A stretch of DNA of 64,000 nt from an uncultured Actinomycetes bacterium. Its GTDB lineage: Bacteria; SZUA-79; Acidulodesulfobacterales; Acidulodesulfobacteraceae. A program made the translations under genes and the position numbers. Below the pieces are notes generated by a model, which saw only the letters and a program-made list of their open reading frames with translations, did not search any database and had not been told where the DNA came from. Numbering within the stretch: position 1 is the first letter of the stretch; every line of letters begins with the position of its first letter. Below, one piece after another: positions 41,003 to 52,732 of this stretch. Location of the stretch: NCBI GenBank assembly GCA_964631685.1, contig CAZVZU010000004.1, forward strand, positions 65,249 through 129,248. The letters run 5' to 3'.

Positions 41003-42172
41003 ATGCCAAGAATTTATTTAGATTATAACGCAACAACACCGTTGGACCCTATAGTTTTGAAAGAGGTAATCAACACCCTGAAAAATTTTCAGGGAAACCC
41101 CTCCAGCGTGTACGAAGAGGGAAGAGCGGCAAGAATTTTAATAGAAGACTCAAGAGATTTCGTTAAATCGTTTCTGGACGCAAATAGCAGTGATGAGGTG
41201 ATTTTTACCTCTTCCGGTTCAGAGTCACTTAATCTTGCTATTATCGGTACCGCGTACGCATATAAAAGGCTCAATAAAAATTCAATACCTCATATAATAA
41301 CATCCAAGGTGGAACATCAAGCAGTTCAAAGCGCATTTAAATTCCTGGAATCGCAAGGGGTGGAGACAACCTATATTGATATCAATGAATTCGGAGAATT
41401 AATCATTGATGACCTTATTTCAAGTATCAAGGAAAACACTATATTGGTTTCAATCATGGGGGCAAACAATGAGACAGGTACAATATTTCCTATAAAACAG
41501 ATATTTAAAGCCGTGAAAAATACAAGGGACGACATTTTATGTCACAGCGATCTGGTTCAAATTATAGGAAAAAACAGTTTTAATCTCAAGGATGTCCCTC
41601 TAGACTTATGTAGTTTTTCCGGTCACAAGTTTTATGCCCTCAAGGGATGTGGCGTTTTATACATGAAAAAGGGAGTAAAAATAGACCCGATAATATACGG
41701 CGGACATCAAGAAAGAGGGCTAAGGGCAGGAACAGAAAACACGGCAGGGATTGTCTCCATCGCCAAAGGGCTCGGCGTCTTTAAAGACAATATGGATAAT
41801 GAAATTAAAACTATAAGTGCTTTGGGTAATATTTTCTTAGATAAACTTTTTTCTACCATCGAGGGTATAAAGCTTAACGGTCATCCGGTTAATAGGCTTA
41901 AGAACACTGCAAATGTCTCTTTTGACGGGGTGAAAGCAGAGTCATTATTGTTTAATCTCGACCTTTACGGAATAAGCGCATCGGCCGGTTCTGCTTGTAA
42001 TGCCGGAGCAATATCCTTGTCTCATGTTTTACGGGCTCACGGTTACGACATAAAAAGGATTGAATCAGCAATTAGATTTAGCATCGGAAGATTTACAACA
42101 TTGGGTGACTTAGATTATGCGGTAAGCGCTATAAAAAAAGGGGTTTTAAAACTTCGGGCAATCTCCGCGTAA
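41003..42172 (+). CDS. iscS: Cysteine desulfurase (group I, IscS/NifS)
   Basis: [24 protein letters not shown] (PLP), RAGTEN, SAGSAC. Confidence 0.93.
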   Translation: MPRIYLDYNATTPLDPIVLKEVINTLKNFQGNPSSVYEEGRAARILIEDSRDFVKSFLDANSSDEVIFTSSGSESLNLAIIGTAYAYKRLNKNSIPHIITSKVEHQAVQSAFKFLESQGVETTYIDINEFGELIIDDLISSIKENTILVSIMGANNETGTIFPIKQIFKAVKNTRDDILCHSDLVQIIGKNSFNLKDVPLDLCSFSGHKFYALKGCGVLYMKKGVKIDPIIYGGHQERGLRAGTENTAGIVSIAKGLGVFKDNMDNEIKTISALGNIFLDKLFSTIEGIKLNGHPVNRLKNTANVSFDGVKAESLLFNLDLYGISASAGSACNAGAISLSHVLRAHGYDIKRIESAIRFSIGRFTTLGDLDYAVSAIKKGVLKLRAISA

Positions 42173-42207
42173 AAATTATCAAATTTAATCATATCAATAG
42201 CGTATTA

Positions 42208-43302
42208 ATGTTTATAAAAGCGAAAAAGACCATCGCGGTCGCAATGTCTGGCGGCGTTGACAGCTCCGTCAGCGCGATAATGCTTAAAAAAAGAGGATAC
42301 AATGTCATTGGCGTCTCAATGCATCTGTTTAGTGCGGATAACGCTAGCGAAACAAAAACGTGTTGCAGTACAAATGATATTCTTGATGCCAAGAAGGTAT
42401 GCGTCAAGTTAGGCATACCTCATTTTGTCATAAATCTTGAAGAAAACTTTAAGTCATCGGTTATAGAACCCTTTGTTGATGAATATGTTAACGGCAGAAC
42501 GCCTAACCCATGCATATTATGTAACCATATCTTAAAATTCGATATTCTACTAAAAAGGGTTAGGGAGCTAGATGCTCAATTTATCGCAACGGGTCATTAT
42601 GCCAGAATAATAAAAAATAAAACCGGCGAATACTTTCTTTTAAAGTCAAACGATATCTTTAAAGACCAGTCTTACGTTCTTTATAATTTAACGCAAGACA
42701 GCCTTAAAAGCATTATTTTCCCCCTCGGCGGTTTGAATAAAGAATACACGAGAAAAATAGCATTGGAATCCGGCTTCAAGCAAATATCAGACAAAAAAGA
42801 GAGTATGGAGATATGTTTCATCTCTAATAAAAATTACGCCAAATTTATAAAAAAACGGGTTACTCCTTCTATTACCGGCAATGAAGGTCTTATAAAGAAC
42901 CTAAAGGGCGAGGTATTGGGTAAGCACAGCGGTATTTTTAATTATACGATCGGACAACGGAAAGGGCTCGGTTTATCGATGAAAGCTCCTGTATATGTTA
43001 CAAAAATATCGGCTGACACCAACGAAATATTCGTCGGGACATTAGATAATTGCTATAAAAACAAGCTGTACATACAAGACTTTAATTTTATTAACACAGA
43101 AAGCAAAGAGAGATTAAACAAAATGCATTTAACCGTCAAAATAAGGTATTCATCGCCAAACCATAACTGTCAAGCCTTTGCTTTAGAGAATAATATCGTT
43201 AAGGTGCTATTTGACGATCCGGTCAAGTTTGTAGCCCCGGGACAGTCCGCAGTTTTGTATTCCGGTCTTAAGGTTATAGGGGGGGGGATTATATCGCAAT
43301 GA
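42208..43302 (+). CDS. mnmA: tRNA 2-thiouridylase
   Basis: [36 protein letters not shown]. Confidence 0.96.
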   Translation: MFIKAKKTIAVAMSGGVDSSVSAIMLKKRGYNVIGVSMHLFSADNASETKTCCSTNDILDAKKVCVKLGIPHFVINLEENFKSSVIEPFVDEYVNGRTPNPCILCNHILKFDILLKRVRELDAQFIATGHYARIIKNKTGEYFLLKSNDIFKDQSYVLYNLTQDSLKSIIFPLGGLNKEYTRKIALESGFKQISDKKESMEICFISNKNYAKFIKKRVTPSITGNEGLIKNLKGEVLGKHSGIFNYTIGQRKGLGLSMKAPVYVTKISADTNEIFVGTLDNCYKNKLYIQDFNFINTESKERLNKMHLTVKIRYSSPNHNCQAFALENNIVKVLFDDPVKFVAPGQSAVLYSGLKVIGGGIISQ

Positions 43303-44699
43303 ATCTCATGGAAACTATAAGAGATAGCATAATTGATGCATTAAATTTAGATATAAACGAAATTAATGCCATTAGGCGTGAGAGCGATACCTTTGATTGC
43401 GCTATTATCTCTTCGGGTTGCAAACTGAACCAGTTTGAGTCATCTCAATTTGAAGAAATACTCAAGCAGTTAAATATAAACATTGTTAAACCGGATTTGA
43501 CAGCTCGAAACGCAGACTCGGACAAAAATATAAATATTAAATCTAAAAACATTCGGCTATTTTTATTAAATACATGTTCGGTTACCGAAAGGGCTGATGT
43601 CCACACAAACAAGATTATACGAAAAATTAGGAGAAATTACCCTAAATGCCGACTGATATTGACGGGATGTTCGGTAGAGCTTAATAAAGAGGGTTTATCG
43701 TCTATTCCTAACGTAAAATTAATCGATAATACCAAAAAGGCAAGATTATTGAAAACCGCTTCGAAAATCTTACCCAATACCATATTGAATCAAAATAGAA
43801 CAAGACCATATCTTAAGATACAAGAGGGATGCGATACAAAATGTTCATTTTGTATCATACCCAAGGCAAGACCTGCCAAATGGTCCTTAGAGATTAAAGA
43901 TGTCCTAAATTCCATTGAAGGACTCGATAACTTGGGATATAAAGAGGTTATACTTACGGGCGTAAATATCGGTTCCTATGAAATACCTAATAAGATACAT
44001 AAAGATGAGCAAAGTCGAGGTCTAAAAGAATTATTAAAAAGAATTGAGGGATTGAACACATCTATAAAAATAAGAATAAGTTCTATAGACCCACTTTATT
44101 TTGACGACGAACTAATTGAGATTCTAGCCAACAGCAAAAAAATACAAAACCATTTTCATATTCCATTACAGAGTGCCTCAAATAGGATACTTTCGCTAAT
44201 GAATAGGCATTATAATTTTGAGTATTACATGGATATTGTCTGTAAACTGACCGATAAGATAAAAGATGTTGCGATAGGTACTGATATTATAAGTGGTTTC
44301 CCGTCTGAAACGAAACATGATTTTTCTGAAACTGTCAACAACTTGGCTAAATTGCCTATTTATTATATTCATGCATTTTCATACTCGGATAGGTCCGGCA
44401 CTGAGGCGTCACTTATGAAACCGAAGGTACATAATCAGATTATCAAGCAAAGAACCAATGAAATTATAAAAATTTCATTGCAGAAGAAAATAGACTTTCA
44501 TCTCAGATTTAAAAATAGATCATTAGAATTCTTGAGTCTTCCCGCCGATAAGGCGATAAGCTCAAATTACATAAAAGCAAAACTAATAGAAAATAACCCT
44601 ACGCTACCTAAAGGCAGACTATTTAAGGGTAATATAGTAGAAACCGATAATTTAGATACCAAAGATGAAGTGTTAATCACTTTCGGAAATTTTATTTAA
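43299..44699 (+). CDS. mtaB: tRNA t6A37 methylthiotransferase MtaB (MiaB-like radical SAM)
   Basis: [42 protein letters not shown]. Confidence 0.88.
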   Translation: MNLMETIRDSIIDALNLDINEINAIRRESDTFDCAIISSGCKLNQFESSQFEEILKQLNINIVKPDLTARNADSDKNINIKSKNIRLFLLNTCSVTERADVHTNKIIRKIRRNYPKCRLILTGCSVELNKEGLSSIPNVKLIDNTKKARLLKTASKILPNTILNQNRTRPYLKIQEGCDTKCSFCIIPKARPAKWSLEIKDVLNSIEGLDNLGYKEVILTGVNIGSYEIPNKIHKDEQSRGLKELLKRIEGLNTSIKIRISSIDPLYFDDELIEILANSKKIQNHFHIPLQSASNRILSLMNRHYNFEYYMDIVCKLTDKIKDVAIGTDIISGFPSETKHDFSETVNNLAKLPIYYIHAFSYSDRSGTEASLMKPKVHNQIIKQRTNEIIKISLQKKIDFHLRFKNRSLEFLSLPADKAISSNYIKAKLIENNPTLPKGRLFKGNIVETDNLDTKDEVLITFGNFI

Positions 44700-44714
44700 A
44701 ACACAATAAGCTAA

Positions 44715-45401
44715 ATGAATTTTAAGACAATCTATGAAAGATTAGGCTACAATTTTAAGAATAAAGAACTAATTAGACTTGCCTTCACCCATAAATCCTA
44801 TGATTGCACATTAAACTATGAAAGGCTTGAGTTTCTTGGAGACGCAATTATAGAGCTAATTGTCTCGGAATATCTTTATCTAAATTTTAAGGGTTTATTC
44901 GAGGGCGAACTCTCACGGAGACGCGCTGTGATAGTCAGTCTTGAAAATCTGTACAAAATTGCAGAACATTTAAACATTGCTGAATTTATTGCTTATATCA
45001 ATGGGAAACATGAAGAGAATTTGAAAAAACAAAAGAATAAAAGAATTATCGGAAATGTTTACGAGGCTATAATAGGTGCAATATTCCTAGATTCATCTTA
45101 CGATAAGGCCAAGAATGTATTCTTGGAACATTTATCAAGATTAATGCCGGAAATAAATGAAGAAATTTTTGAAAACAAAGACTTCAAAACAATATTACAG
45201 GAGCTTGTGCAAAAACAGTATAATATTGTGCCAAAATATTATACAATAAGAAGAGATGGACCTGATCATCGCGTAATTTTCACAGTGTGCGTTGACATAG
45301 ATAATGAAATTCTAGGATATGGGCGCGGTTTATCAAAAAAAATTGCAGAACAAATTGCTGCATCAGAAGCATTAAAATCATTCAACAATAAAACCATATG
45401 A
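44715..45401 (+). CDS. rnc: Ribonuclease III
   Basis: NYERLEFLGDA, EAIIGAIFLD, dsRBD tail. Confidence 0.96.
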   Translation: MNFKTIYERLGYNFKNKELIRLAFTHKSYDCTLNYERLEFLGDAIIELIVSEYLYLNFKGLFEGELSRRRAVIVSLENLYKIAEHLNIAEFIAYINGKHEENLKKQKNKRIIGNVYEAIIGAIFLDSSYDKAKNVFLEHLSRLMPEINEEIFENKDFKTILQELVQKQYNIVPKYYTIRRDGPDHRVIFTVCVDIDNEILGYGRGLSKKIAEQIAASEALKSFNNKTI

Positions 45402-46774
45402 CAAAACATAATAACTCTTTAGTAATCCTCATAGGCCGGCCAAATGTAGGCAAATCCACCATTTTCAATAAGATGCTCGGCAGCTCGCATGCATTAACTT
45501 CAAAGATCTCCGGCACAACATTGGATTTAAATATGAAACCTACATCATACCGTAATGTTAATTTTCTAATTTCCGATAGCGGCGGTTTTAATATTTCATC
45601 TTCCGACGAAGCTTCCGCGCAAGAAAAATTATTGGAAAAACAGATAAGGGAACGTGTTTTTGATTTCACTAAAAAGGCACATATTATTCTTCTTGTTGTT
45701 GATTTTAAAAGCGGAATGATACCTGAAGATAAAGAAATATATATGCATCTTGTTAAAAATATTATCCCTGTTTCAAAAGGGGGCATTGGGGGTACGATTA
45801 TTCTTGTAATCAACAAGGTTGATTCCGTAGAAAATATTAAAAATGCTATTGTGGAATTTTCATCCCTCGGGATTAAAAAAATTATTGAGATGAGCGCCGA
45901 AAACGGTATGGGCATAGACGACCTCTTAGAGCAAATTGTTAAAGAAATAAAAGCCCCGGGCAAAGCATCTATGGACTTTTATGAAAATAGCTTAAAAATT
46001 GCGATAGTCGGCAGATCCAACAGCGGCAAATCTACATTTATAAACTCTATAACAAAAGAAGATATTTTGTTTACCGATGAAAAACCGGGTACGACAAGAG
46101 ATTCAATTGATACTTACCTTAGGTACAAGAAACAAGCAATATCATTAATAGATACCTGCGGAATAAGAAAAAAATCAAGGCTGGATATTAATTCAATCGG
46201 CTTTCAAAAACAGAGCCTGGCCCAAGTAAAAAGAGCGGATGTCGTAGTAGTCTTTATAGATATAACTACAGAGATAACCCACGATGATTTGTCGTTATTA
46301 AAAATGATAAGTTTAGAGAAAAAACCGTTCATAATAGCCTTTACCAAGTGGGACTTAAAGAATGAGGAGTTTAATGTAACGGAGCTCAAAAAAGATATCA
46401 AATGTGCACTAAAGGAATTTTCCCATACACCCTATATTTTTATCTCTTCCAAGATAAATAAAAACCTGAATAAACTCATAGATATATCTATATCGCTGAA
46501 TAATGCAAAGAAAATAAAAATCCGGACAAAAGATATCAATAAATTCATAGTGGCTTCTAAAAACAATGCAAAAACAGTTAGGCTCTTTAAATACATAGCT
46601 TACGGAGCGCAAAAAACCGACGCGAACATTCCTACATTTATATTTTTTACAAACAACAAACGGAGAATATTCGGAATGGAGGATATAAAATACCTGCGAA
46701 CCAATATAAAAAACTATTTTAAAATAAAAACAAATGTCGAAGTTCTAATAGAGTATAAAAAGTACTCTACTTAA
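45398..46774 (+). CDS. der: Ribosome biogenesis GTPase Der
   Basis: Tandem G domains: GRPNVGKS and GRSNSGKS; GTTRDSID. Confidence 0.93.
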   Translation: MTKHNNSLVILIGRPNVGKSTIFNKMLGSSHALTSKISGTTLDLNMKPTSYRNVNFLISDSGGFNISSSDEASAQEKLLEKQIRERVFDFTKKAHIILLVVDFKSGMIPEDKEIYMHLVKNIIPVSKGGIGGTIILVINKVDSVENIKNAIVEFSSLGIKKIIEMSAENGMGIDDLLEQIVKEIKAPGKASMDFYENSLKIAIVGRSNSGKSTFINSITKEDILFTDEKPGTTRDSIDTYLRYKKQAISLIDTCGIRKKSRLDINSIGFQKQSLAQVKRADVVVVFIDITTEITHDDLSLLKMISLEKKPFIIAFTKWDLKNEEFNVTELKKDIKCALKEFSHTPYIFISSKINKNLNKLIDISISLNNAKKIKIRTKDINKFIVASKNNAKTVRLFKYIAYGAQKTDANIPTFIFFTNNKRRIFGMEDIKYLRTNIKNYFKIKTNVEVLIEYKKYST

Positions 46775-47063
46775 TTTTATCAGACAATTCATCCAACCTA
46801 TTTTCTATCTTATCAATCTTACGTGCTAACTCCTCAATGTCGTAGGTCGAAGCAAAGTGCATTTCGTCGAGTAAGATGTCGGCTAACTTTTCCTTGATAG
46901 CCCTAAATATAACACCCGATTCATACTTCACGGTTTCTATAATCTGATCCGCCGCTTCTTTGCTTTCCTCATCGGATATATCTACATAATCATCTAATTT
47001 TTCCTGCGCCGTGATAGAAAGACCCTTAAGGGCTTTGAGAATCAAATTTATATTGTCTGACAT
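46767..47063 (-). CDS. Small helical/coiled-coil protein downstream of the sdh genes
   Basis: GGAAGG RBS; heptad C-terminus DIEELARKIDKIENRLDEL (phasin-like). Confidence 0.6.
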   Translation of the reverse strand: MSDNINLILKALKGLSITAQEKLDDYVDISDEESKEAADQIIETVKYESGVIFRAIKEKLADILLDEMHFASTYDIEELARKIDKIENRLDELSDKIK

Positions 47064-47115
47064 CTGAACCTTCCTTTTAAATTATTTTATTTAGTTACAT
47101 TTTATATCAATAAAA

Positions 47116-48003
47116 TCAAATACCGTTTTGTTTTACCTTTGCCATAACCGGCCTAAGGGAAATATTGTGCCTAGAAAAACCCATCTCGGCGTAATCCGCG
47201 CCCAATGCAATACCCACTAACTGGGGAAAATGCATTATTGGCAAAGACAACTTTTTATTAATGCTCTTTGCGGCAACAGTTTGGTATGTATCAAGGCTCA
47301 AATGGCAAAGCGGACAAGGAGTTACCATAACATCGGCGTTTTTTTCTTGTGCATCAAAAATAGCATTTCCGGCTAAAGAAGTCGAGGTATTTTCATTGAC
47401 CAGTATAGTCTGAAAACCGCAACACTTTGTCCTGCGCGCATAAGATACAGGCTCGCCTCCCAACGCCTTAATTAGATCTTCAAACCCCTGAGGATTCTCC
47501 GGGTCTTCAAACTTCACAACACTAGAAGGCCTTAATATATGACATCCGTAAAATGGAGCTATATTAACCCCTTTGAAACTATTTACAACCTTCTCCTTGA
47601 GATTATCAAACCCTATGTCGTCCCTGATAGCATACAAAATGTGTTTAACCTTAACCTTGCCCTCGTATTTAAGCCCAATCTTAGAAAGATACTCATTTGT
47701 CTTATCCAACGACTCCTTATTATTTATAAGTTCTTCATTAACCTCGCTAAGCGTTAGGGTGCAAGTATTGCAAATGGTCAATATGTCAAGCCCATCCTTT
47801 TCAGCCAAAGCCAATGTTCTGCCGTTTATATAGAGCTTTAAATTTTTATCAAATCCGTCAATAACGCCACCACCACAACATGACGCTTCCGGCATAGAGA
47901 CTAAAGTAATCCCAAGTTTTTCTGCCACATATCTGGTCGCATTGTCAAGCTCCTTGGCACTTTCTTGTGCCACGCAACCTGGGTAATAAGCATAACTTAT
48001 CAT
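47116..48003 (-). CDS. CCG-domain (HdrB-like) subunit of type E succinate dehydrogenase/fumarate reductase
   Basis: YYPGC, SCCGG, CNTC, FYGCH, KCCG, CPLC; overlaps the stop of the FeS subunit. Confidence 0.88.
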   Translation of the reverse strand: MISYAYYPGCVAQESAKELDNATRYVAEKLGITLVSMPEASCCGGGVIDGFDKNLKLYINGRTLALAEKDGLDILTICNTCTLTLSEVNEELINNKESLDKTNEYLSKIGLKYEGKVKVKHILYAIRDDIGFDNLKEKVVNSFKGVNIAPFYGCHILRPSSVVKFEDPENPQGFEDLIKALGGEPVSYARRTKCCGFQTILVNENTSTSLAGNAIFDAQEKNADVMVTPCPLCHLSLDTYQTVAAKSINKKLSLPIMHFPQLVGIALGADYAEMGFSRHNISLRPVMAKVKQNGI

Positions 48004-49001
48004 TTTCCCTCCAAATCTAAGTCCTTAAACGCAAGTCTGATATCATCTACATCTTTGATTAATTTGAGCCTAATGGGCGGTATCTTACCCTTGAGACCTG
48101 CCCCGAATATGACCGGCAAATCGTTTATAATGCCGGTAATTCCCCCCGTATCCAAAGCAACCTTGATTTCGTCCAACATTCCCGTCTCTTCAACGGACTT
48201 GGCTATCGAAATGGTGTGCTTGGCGCCATTAGAAAAGACTATAGAATTTTTAATAGCTTTTTCATGTAATTTAACTATTCCCTTTATGGGCGAAATTCCC
48301 TTCGGACAAAATTCCTCACACGCTTGGCAATGAACGCAATCCCACATGCCGTTAGGCTTCGAGCCGTTAACCAAGCGGGAACCGTTTCTATCGTTATCCC
48401 GCGGATCCTCACTGTACCTGTAAAGTTTTGCCAAAGCGGCGGGTCCCAGATAATTTTTATTCCCTGTAACACCCCCACACTCAGAATAGCAACATTCACA
48501 TAGGATACAATTAGGTGTATCATTATTCCCCGTCAAATTACCAAATTCAGATTTATAATAAATAGGCTGGCTTATTTTTTCCCCTTCTTTAAGAGCATGG
48601 AATTTATTATGTTCACCGGCATCCTCGTTTCTTTGTCCTAAGAGATACGGCCTGATCTCCTTGACCTTATCAAAAAAACTTTCCTGATCGACTATAAGGT
48701 CGCGAACCACCGGCATATTAGCGAGAGGTTCAACATTGATCATGCCAAATTTATCAATTTCAAAACTGACCTGGGTCTTACAAGCAAGCTTTGAAATGCC
48801 GTTTACCTTCATAGCGCAAGAACCGCATATTGCACTTCTACATGACCTTCTAAAGCTTAAAGTCCCATCCATCTCCGCCTTTATTTTAATTAAGGCATTT
48901 AAAACCGTCATGCCTGGAAAATCTTGGACAATATAGTCTTTATAGTACGGTTTGTCGTCAGTTTCCGGATTAAACCTATAACTCCTAACCTTAAATTCCA
49001 T
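48000..49001 (-). CDS. sdhB: Succinate dehydrogenase/fumarate reductase iron-sulfur subunit
   Basis: RSCRSAICGSC...LAC, CILCECCYSEC, CVHCQACEEFCP. Confidence 0.92.
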   Translation of the reverse strand: MEFKVRSYRFNPETDDKPYYKDYIVQDFPGMTVLNALIKIKAEMDGTLSFRRSCRSAICGSCAMKVNGISKLACKTQVSFEIDKFGMINVEPLANMPVVRDLIVDQESFFDKVKEIRPYLLGQRNEDAGEHNKFHALKEGEKISQPIYYKSEFGNLTGNNDTPNCILCECCYSECGGVTGNKNYLGPAALAKLYRYSEDPRDNDRNGSRLVNGSKPNGMWDCVHCQACEEFCPKGISPIKGIVKLHEKAIKNSIVFSNGAKHTISIAKSVEETGMLDEIKVALDTGGITGIINDLPVIFGAGLKGKIPPIRLKLIKDVDDIRLAFKDLDLEGK

Positions 49002-49074
49002 TAATATTACCTCTTGCTATAATTTGCCGTTATTTTAAACCTACCCGTACATATCCGCATAAACCAATTTGCAT

Positions 49075-50754
49075 TTAATATGTCCTAGGTTTAGGCTTAA
49101 ACTTTGTAATAGAAACCTTGGAAAAATCGAATTTTATATTTCCGTTGTCACCCAGGGTGACCAATGTATGTTTAAGCCAGTTTGCATCGTCTCTTTCCGG
49201 ATAATCATTCCTATAATGAGCACCTCTGGATTCTTTTCTCAATATTGCTCCCTTGGCGATTATTTCTGCAATCAGCAAGATATTCTTAAATTCGAAAGCT
49301 TCGACAATATCCGTATTAAATGACTTAGACTTATCATCAATCCCAATGCTCTCAGCGCGTTCTTTAAGCTCGTCAATTTTTTCAACAGCTTTTTTCATGA
49401 TACCTTCTTCCCTGAAAACACCGACATTAGCCCTCATGGTCTCTTGAAGCTCTTGCTTTAGCAGGCCGTATCTTTCTTTTCCGTCTGATTTTTTCAGTTT
49501 ATCAAATGTTTCTTCGTCTCTTTTTACAAGCGATTCGTCAAAATCGGTATAAGTTGCATTTTTTAAATATTCTGCAATATCAATACCCGCCCTTCTGCCA
49601 AAAACTATAGTGTCTAGTAAAGAGTTGCCGCCAAGCCTATTTGCACCATGGACACTGACACATGCGGATTCTCCAGCTGAATAATATCCATCAATAGCGG
49701 TCCTGCCATTACTATCGGTCTTAATGCCGCCCATAGAATAATGAGCGCCGGGCCTAATCGGAATAGGATCATCAATAGGGTTAACACCCTCAAAATCTAT
49801 TGACAACTGCATTATTTGAGGCAATTTTTCCATTATCCTTTTCTTCCCAAGATGACGAACATCCAATAAAATAGCCCCGTCTACCCCTCTTCCATTATTT
49901 ATCTCCGTCTGCTCGGCTCTTGCTACCACATCTCTTGGAGCAAGCTCCATTGCCTTAGGGGCATATTTAGACATAAATCTTTCACCCGCCGAATTGAGAA
50001 GGTAAGCGCCCTCGCCTCTTGCACCTTCCGTAACTAATATCCCTGTACTTTTAAGGGTTGTAGGATGAAACTGGACAAACTCCATATCCATAAGCGGAAC
50101 GCCCGCCTTGATGGAAATAACCATCCCGTCTCCGGTATTGATAAGCGCATTTGTGTTGGCGGAATAAACCTGCCCGTAGCCACCCGTGGCAAATAAGACA
50201 ACCTTTGCCGCAATACCCTCGAATTTTCCATTTTTTATATCATAGGCAACAACACCGGCAATCTTTCCGTTATTGGTAACCAGACTCGTAACAAAATATT
50301 CATAAAGTATTTTTGTATCGTATTTAATAATATTATCAAAAAGCCCATGGAGCATCATGTGCCCAACGGCATCCGCATAGTAACAAGAACGGGGATAACT
50401 TTGACCACCGAATGGTCTCTGGGCGATACCGCCCGAGTCTGTTCTGTTAAAAACAACACCCATCTTTTGAAGCTCCAGTATATTTGCAGGTGCTTCACTC
50501 GTTAAAATCTCAATAGCTTCTTGATCTCCAAGGTAATCGCTACCCTTAACCGTATCAAAAAAATGGGATTCCCATGAGTCGTTTTTATCCAAGGCGGCAT
50601 TAACCCCACCCTGAGCTGCGCCGGAATGGGACCTTGTAGGATAAACCTTACTAACTATTACAGCATCCACCCCTTTTTTCCTGAGCTCAACACAGGCTCT
50701 AAGTCCTGCAAGCCCTGCGCCCACAATAACCACATCATGTTTCAGCATAAACAA
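49075..50754 (-). CDS. sdhA: Succinate dehydrogenase/fumarate reductase flavoprotein subunit
   Basis: [16 protein letters not shown] (covalent FAD His), [30 protein letters not shown]. Confidence 0.95.
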   Translation of the reverse strand: MFMLKHDVVIVGAGLAGLRACVELRKKGVDAVIVSKVYPTRSHSGAAQGGVNAALDKNDSWESHFFDTVKGSDYLGDQEAIEILTSEAPANILELQKMGVVFNRTDSGGIAQRPFGGQSYPRSCYYADAVGHMMLHGLFDNIIKYDTKILYEYFVTSLVTNNGKIAGVVAYDIKNGKFEGIAAKVVLFATGGYGQVYSANTNALINTGDGMVISIKAGVPLMDMEFVQFHPTTLKSTGILVTEGARGEGAYLLNSAGERFMSKYAPKAMELAPRDVVARAEQTEINNGRGVDGAILLDVRHLGKKRIMEKLPQIMQLSIDFEGVNPIDDPIPIRPGAHYSMGGIKTDSNGRTAIDGYYSAGESACVSVHGANRLGGNSLLDTIVFGRRAGIDIAEYLKNATYTDFDESLVKRDEETFDKLKKSDGKERYGLLKQELQETMRANVGVFREEGIMKKAVEKIDELKERAESIGIDDKSKSFNTDIVEAFEFKNILLIAEIIAKGAILRKESRGAHYRNDYPERDDANWLKHTLVTLGDNGNIKFDFSKVSITKFKPKPRTY

Positions 50755-50786
50755 CCCCTATTTTTTTATCTTTTTAGATTTATAAG

Positions 50787-50800
50787 TTGATCAGTATCAA
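50787..50800. promoter_or_regulatory. FNR-type box upstream of sdhA
   Basis: Perfect TTGAT-CAGT-ATCAA. Confidence 0.6.
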
Positions 50801-50825
50801 TTTTTTAAGTCAATACGATTAAGCT

Positions 50826-50854
50826 ATTATAGAATAACTTTGGTAATATTGCAA
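50826..50854 (-). promoter_or_regulatory. Sigma-70 promoter for the sdh operon
   Basis: TTGCAA-17 bp-TATAAT on the minus strand. Confidence 0.6.
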
Positions 50855-50961
50855 TAAATTTTTTCAGTAGTGTATTCCCCGATTGAATAAAACCTAAATT
50901 TTTGATAGACTCTATATCTGTTTATACATAAATAGGGTGTTAATTATAACCTACCAACGTC

Positions 50962-52611
50962 ATGGCTGTTACCAATGTAATGAAGCTTAAATATATTCAA
51001 TTTTCTATTTTATTGCTAATCGGCATTTTTTCTGTTGCCATTTTAATGGGGATATTTTTTAACCGACAAGATACTTCGTCCATAAAAAAAAATAGTCCTC
51101 ATAATGAGAGGAAGAATAGTTTGATTATCGGCCTGCCGGCGGATGCCACAAACCTGATTGGCAATATGGCTGCAGACGCTCCTTCGGCCGAGGTTACCTC
51201 TCAAATTTACGATGGACTTGTAAAATATAACAGAAATTTTAAAATAGTTCCCGATCTCGCTAAATCATGGAAGATCAGCAACGGCGGGAAAACAATAACA
51301 TTCTATCTTTATCATAACATTTATTGGCAGGACGGTCGTAAATTTAGTGCCCAGGATGTTCTCTTTACATATCTTTTGATGATAAACCCGAAAACTCCGA
51401 CAGCATATGCTACTGAATATCTTAGAGTTTACAAAGCGAGTGTCATTGGAAAATATATTTTCAGGGTCACATATAAAAAACCGTATGCTCCCGCATTGTC
51501 TTCATGGGGATTAAGTATATTACCTAAACACCTGTTGAAAGGCAGAAATTTACTGACCACAAGATTAAGAAGCCATCCCATCGGTACGGGTCCTTATGAA
51601 TTTTCCACATGGATTCACGGATATGAAATAATATTAAAAGCAAATCCTCGTTATTTTATGGGGGCTCCCAAAATAAAACAACTTATTTATAGAATAGTTC
51701 CCGACCCACAGGCAATGTTTTTAATGCTCAAATCAAATGGCATTGATTATATGGGATTAACACCGATTCAATTTAAATATGAAACGGAAAACGAAAAATT
51801 TAATTCCCGCTATAAAAAATATATTCATCCATCATTGAGCTTTACATTTTTAGGATACAACCTCCTAGACCCTCTTTTTAAAAGCGTCAGGGTCAGGCAA
51901 GCCTTAAATTATGCAATAAACAAAAAAGAAATAATAAGCGGAGCACTCCTGGGATTGGGCATAAAATGCTACGGACCGTTTATGCCCGGAACATTTTTTT
52001 ACAACAAAGATGTAAAAAAATATATATATAATCCACAAAAGGCACTTATTCTTTTAGGCGAAAAAGGTTGGCACCTCAATAACAACCGAATTTTAGAAAA
52101 AAAAAGGGTTCCGTTTAAATTTACAATACTAACGCCGCAGGGAAATCCCGGGCGATTAGCAGCAGCAGAAATAATCCAGCAAAACCTTAAAAAAATAGGT
52201 ATCAAGGTGGACATAAGGGTAATGGAATGGACATCCTTAATCTCTGAATTTATTTTAAAAAAAAGGTTCCAAAGCGTCTTGCTGGGCTTTACTATAACCC
52301 CTAATCCATACGACAACGCATCTATATTTACGAGCTCTAATATCGTCCCGAAAGGCCTAAATTTTACATCCTTTAGCAATAGCAAGATAGATAGCCTATT
52401 TAAGCATGTACGCTCAACATTTGACCTTAAAAAACAGAAGGTGTATTACTTTGCAATTCAACAACTTCTTGCAAAAGAATCTCCCTATACCTTTTTATAT
52501 ATACCCTTCTCAATGCCCGTGGTAAAACGCAGTATTAAAGGTATAGTACCGGCACCGGCAGGCATAGGCTACGATATAAGAAAATGGTACTATGCCGATT
52601 TTGCAAGCTAA
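50962..52611 (+). CDS. Peptide ABC transporter substrate-binding protein (family 5, OppA/AppA-like)
   Basis: IYDGLV, PDLAKSW, WQDG, PIGTGPY, RVRQALNYAIN. Confidence 0.92.
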   Translation: MAVTNVMKLKYIQFSILLLIGIFSVAILMGIFFNRQDTSSIKKNSPHNERKNSLIIGLPADATNLIGNMAADAPSAEVTSQIYDGLVKYNRNFKIVPDLAKSWKISNGGKTITFYLYHNIYWQDGRKFSAQDVLFTYLLMINPKTPTAYATEYLRVYKASVIGKYIFRVTYKKPYAPALSSWGLSILPKHLLKGRNLLTTRLRSHPIGTGPYEFSTWIHGYEIILKANPRYFMGAPKIKQLIYRIVPDPQAMFLMLKSNGIDYMGLTPIQFKYETENEKFNSRYKKYIHPSLSFTFLGYNLLDPLFKSVRVRQALNYAINKKEIISGALLGLGIKCYGPFMPGTFFYNKDVKKYIYNPQKALILLGEKGWHLNNNRILEKKRVPFKFTILTPQGNPGRLAAAEIIQQNLKKIGIKVDIRVMEWTSLISEFILKKRFQSVLLGFTITPNPYDNASIFTSSNIVPKGLNFTSFSNSKIDSLFKHVRSTFDLKKQKVYYFAIQQLLAKESPYTFLYIPFSMPVVKRSIKGIVPAPAGIGYDIRKWYYADFAS

Positions 52612-52632
52612 ATTAACATTAAAAATCATAAA

Positions 52633-52675
52633 CGTGACTTTTATCATACTTTAAATTTTTAAAAACCGATACAAT
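52633..52675 (+). promoter_or_regulatory. CRP/FNR-family site with -10 element upstream of CBS-HPP
   Basis: CGTGA-N6-TCATA (52633-52648) and TACAAT (52670-52675). Confidence 0.5.
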
Positions 52676-52732
52676 AAACACTCTGATTTAAAACCAAATA
52701 TAATCATTTATTACCAAGGAGGGGGGAGTTTT

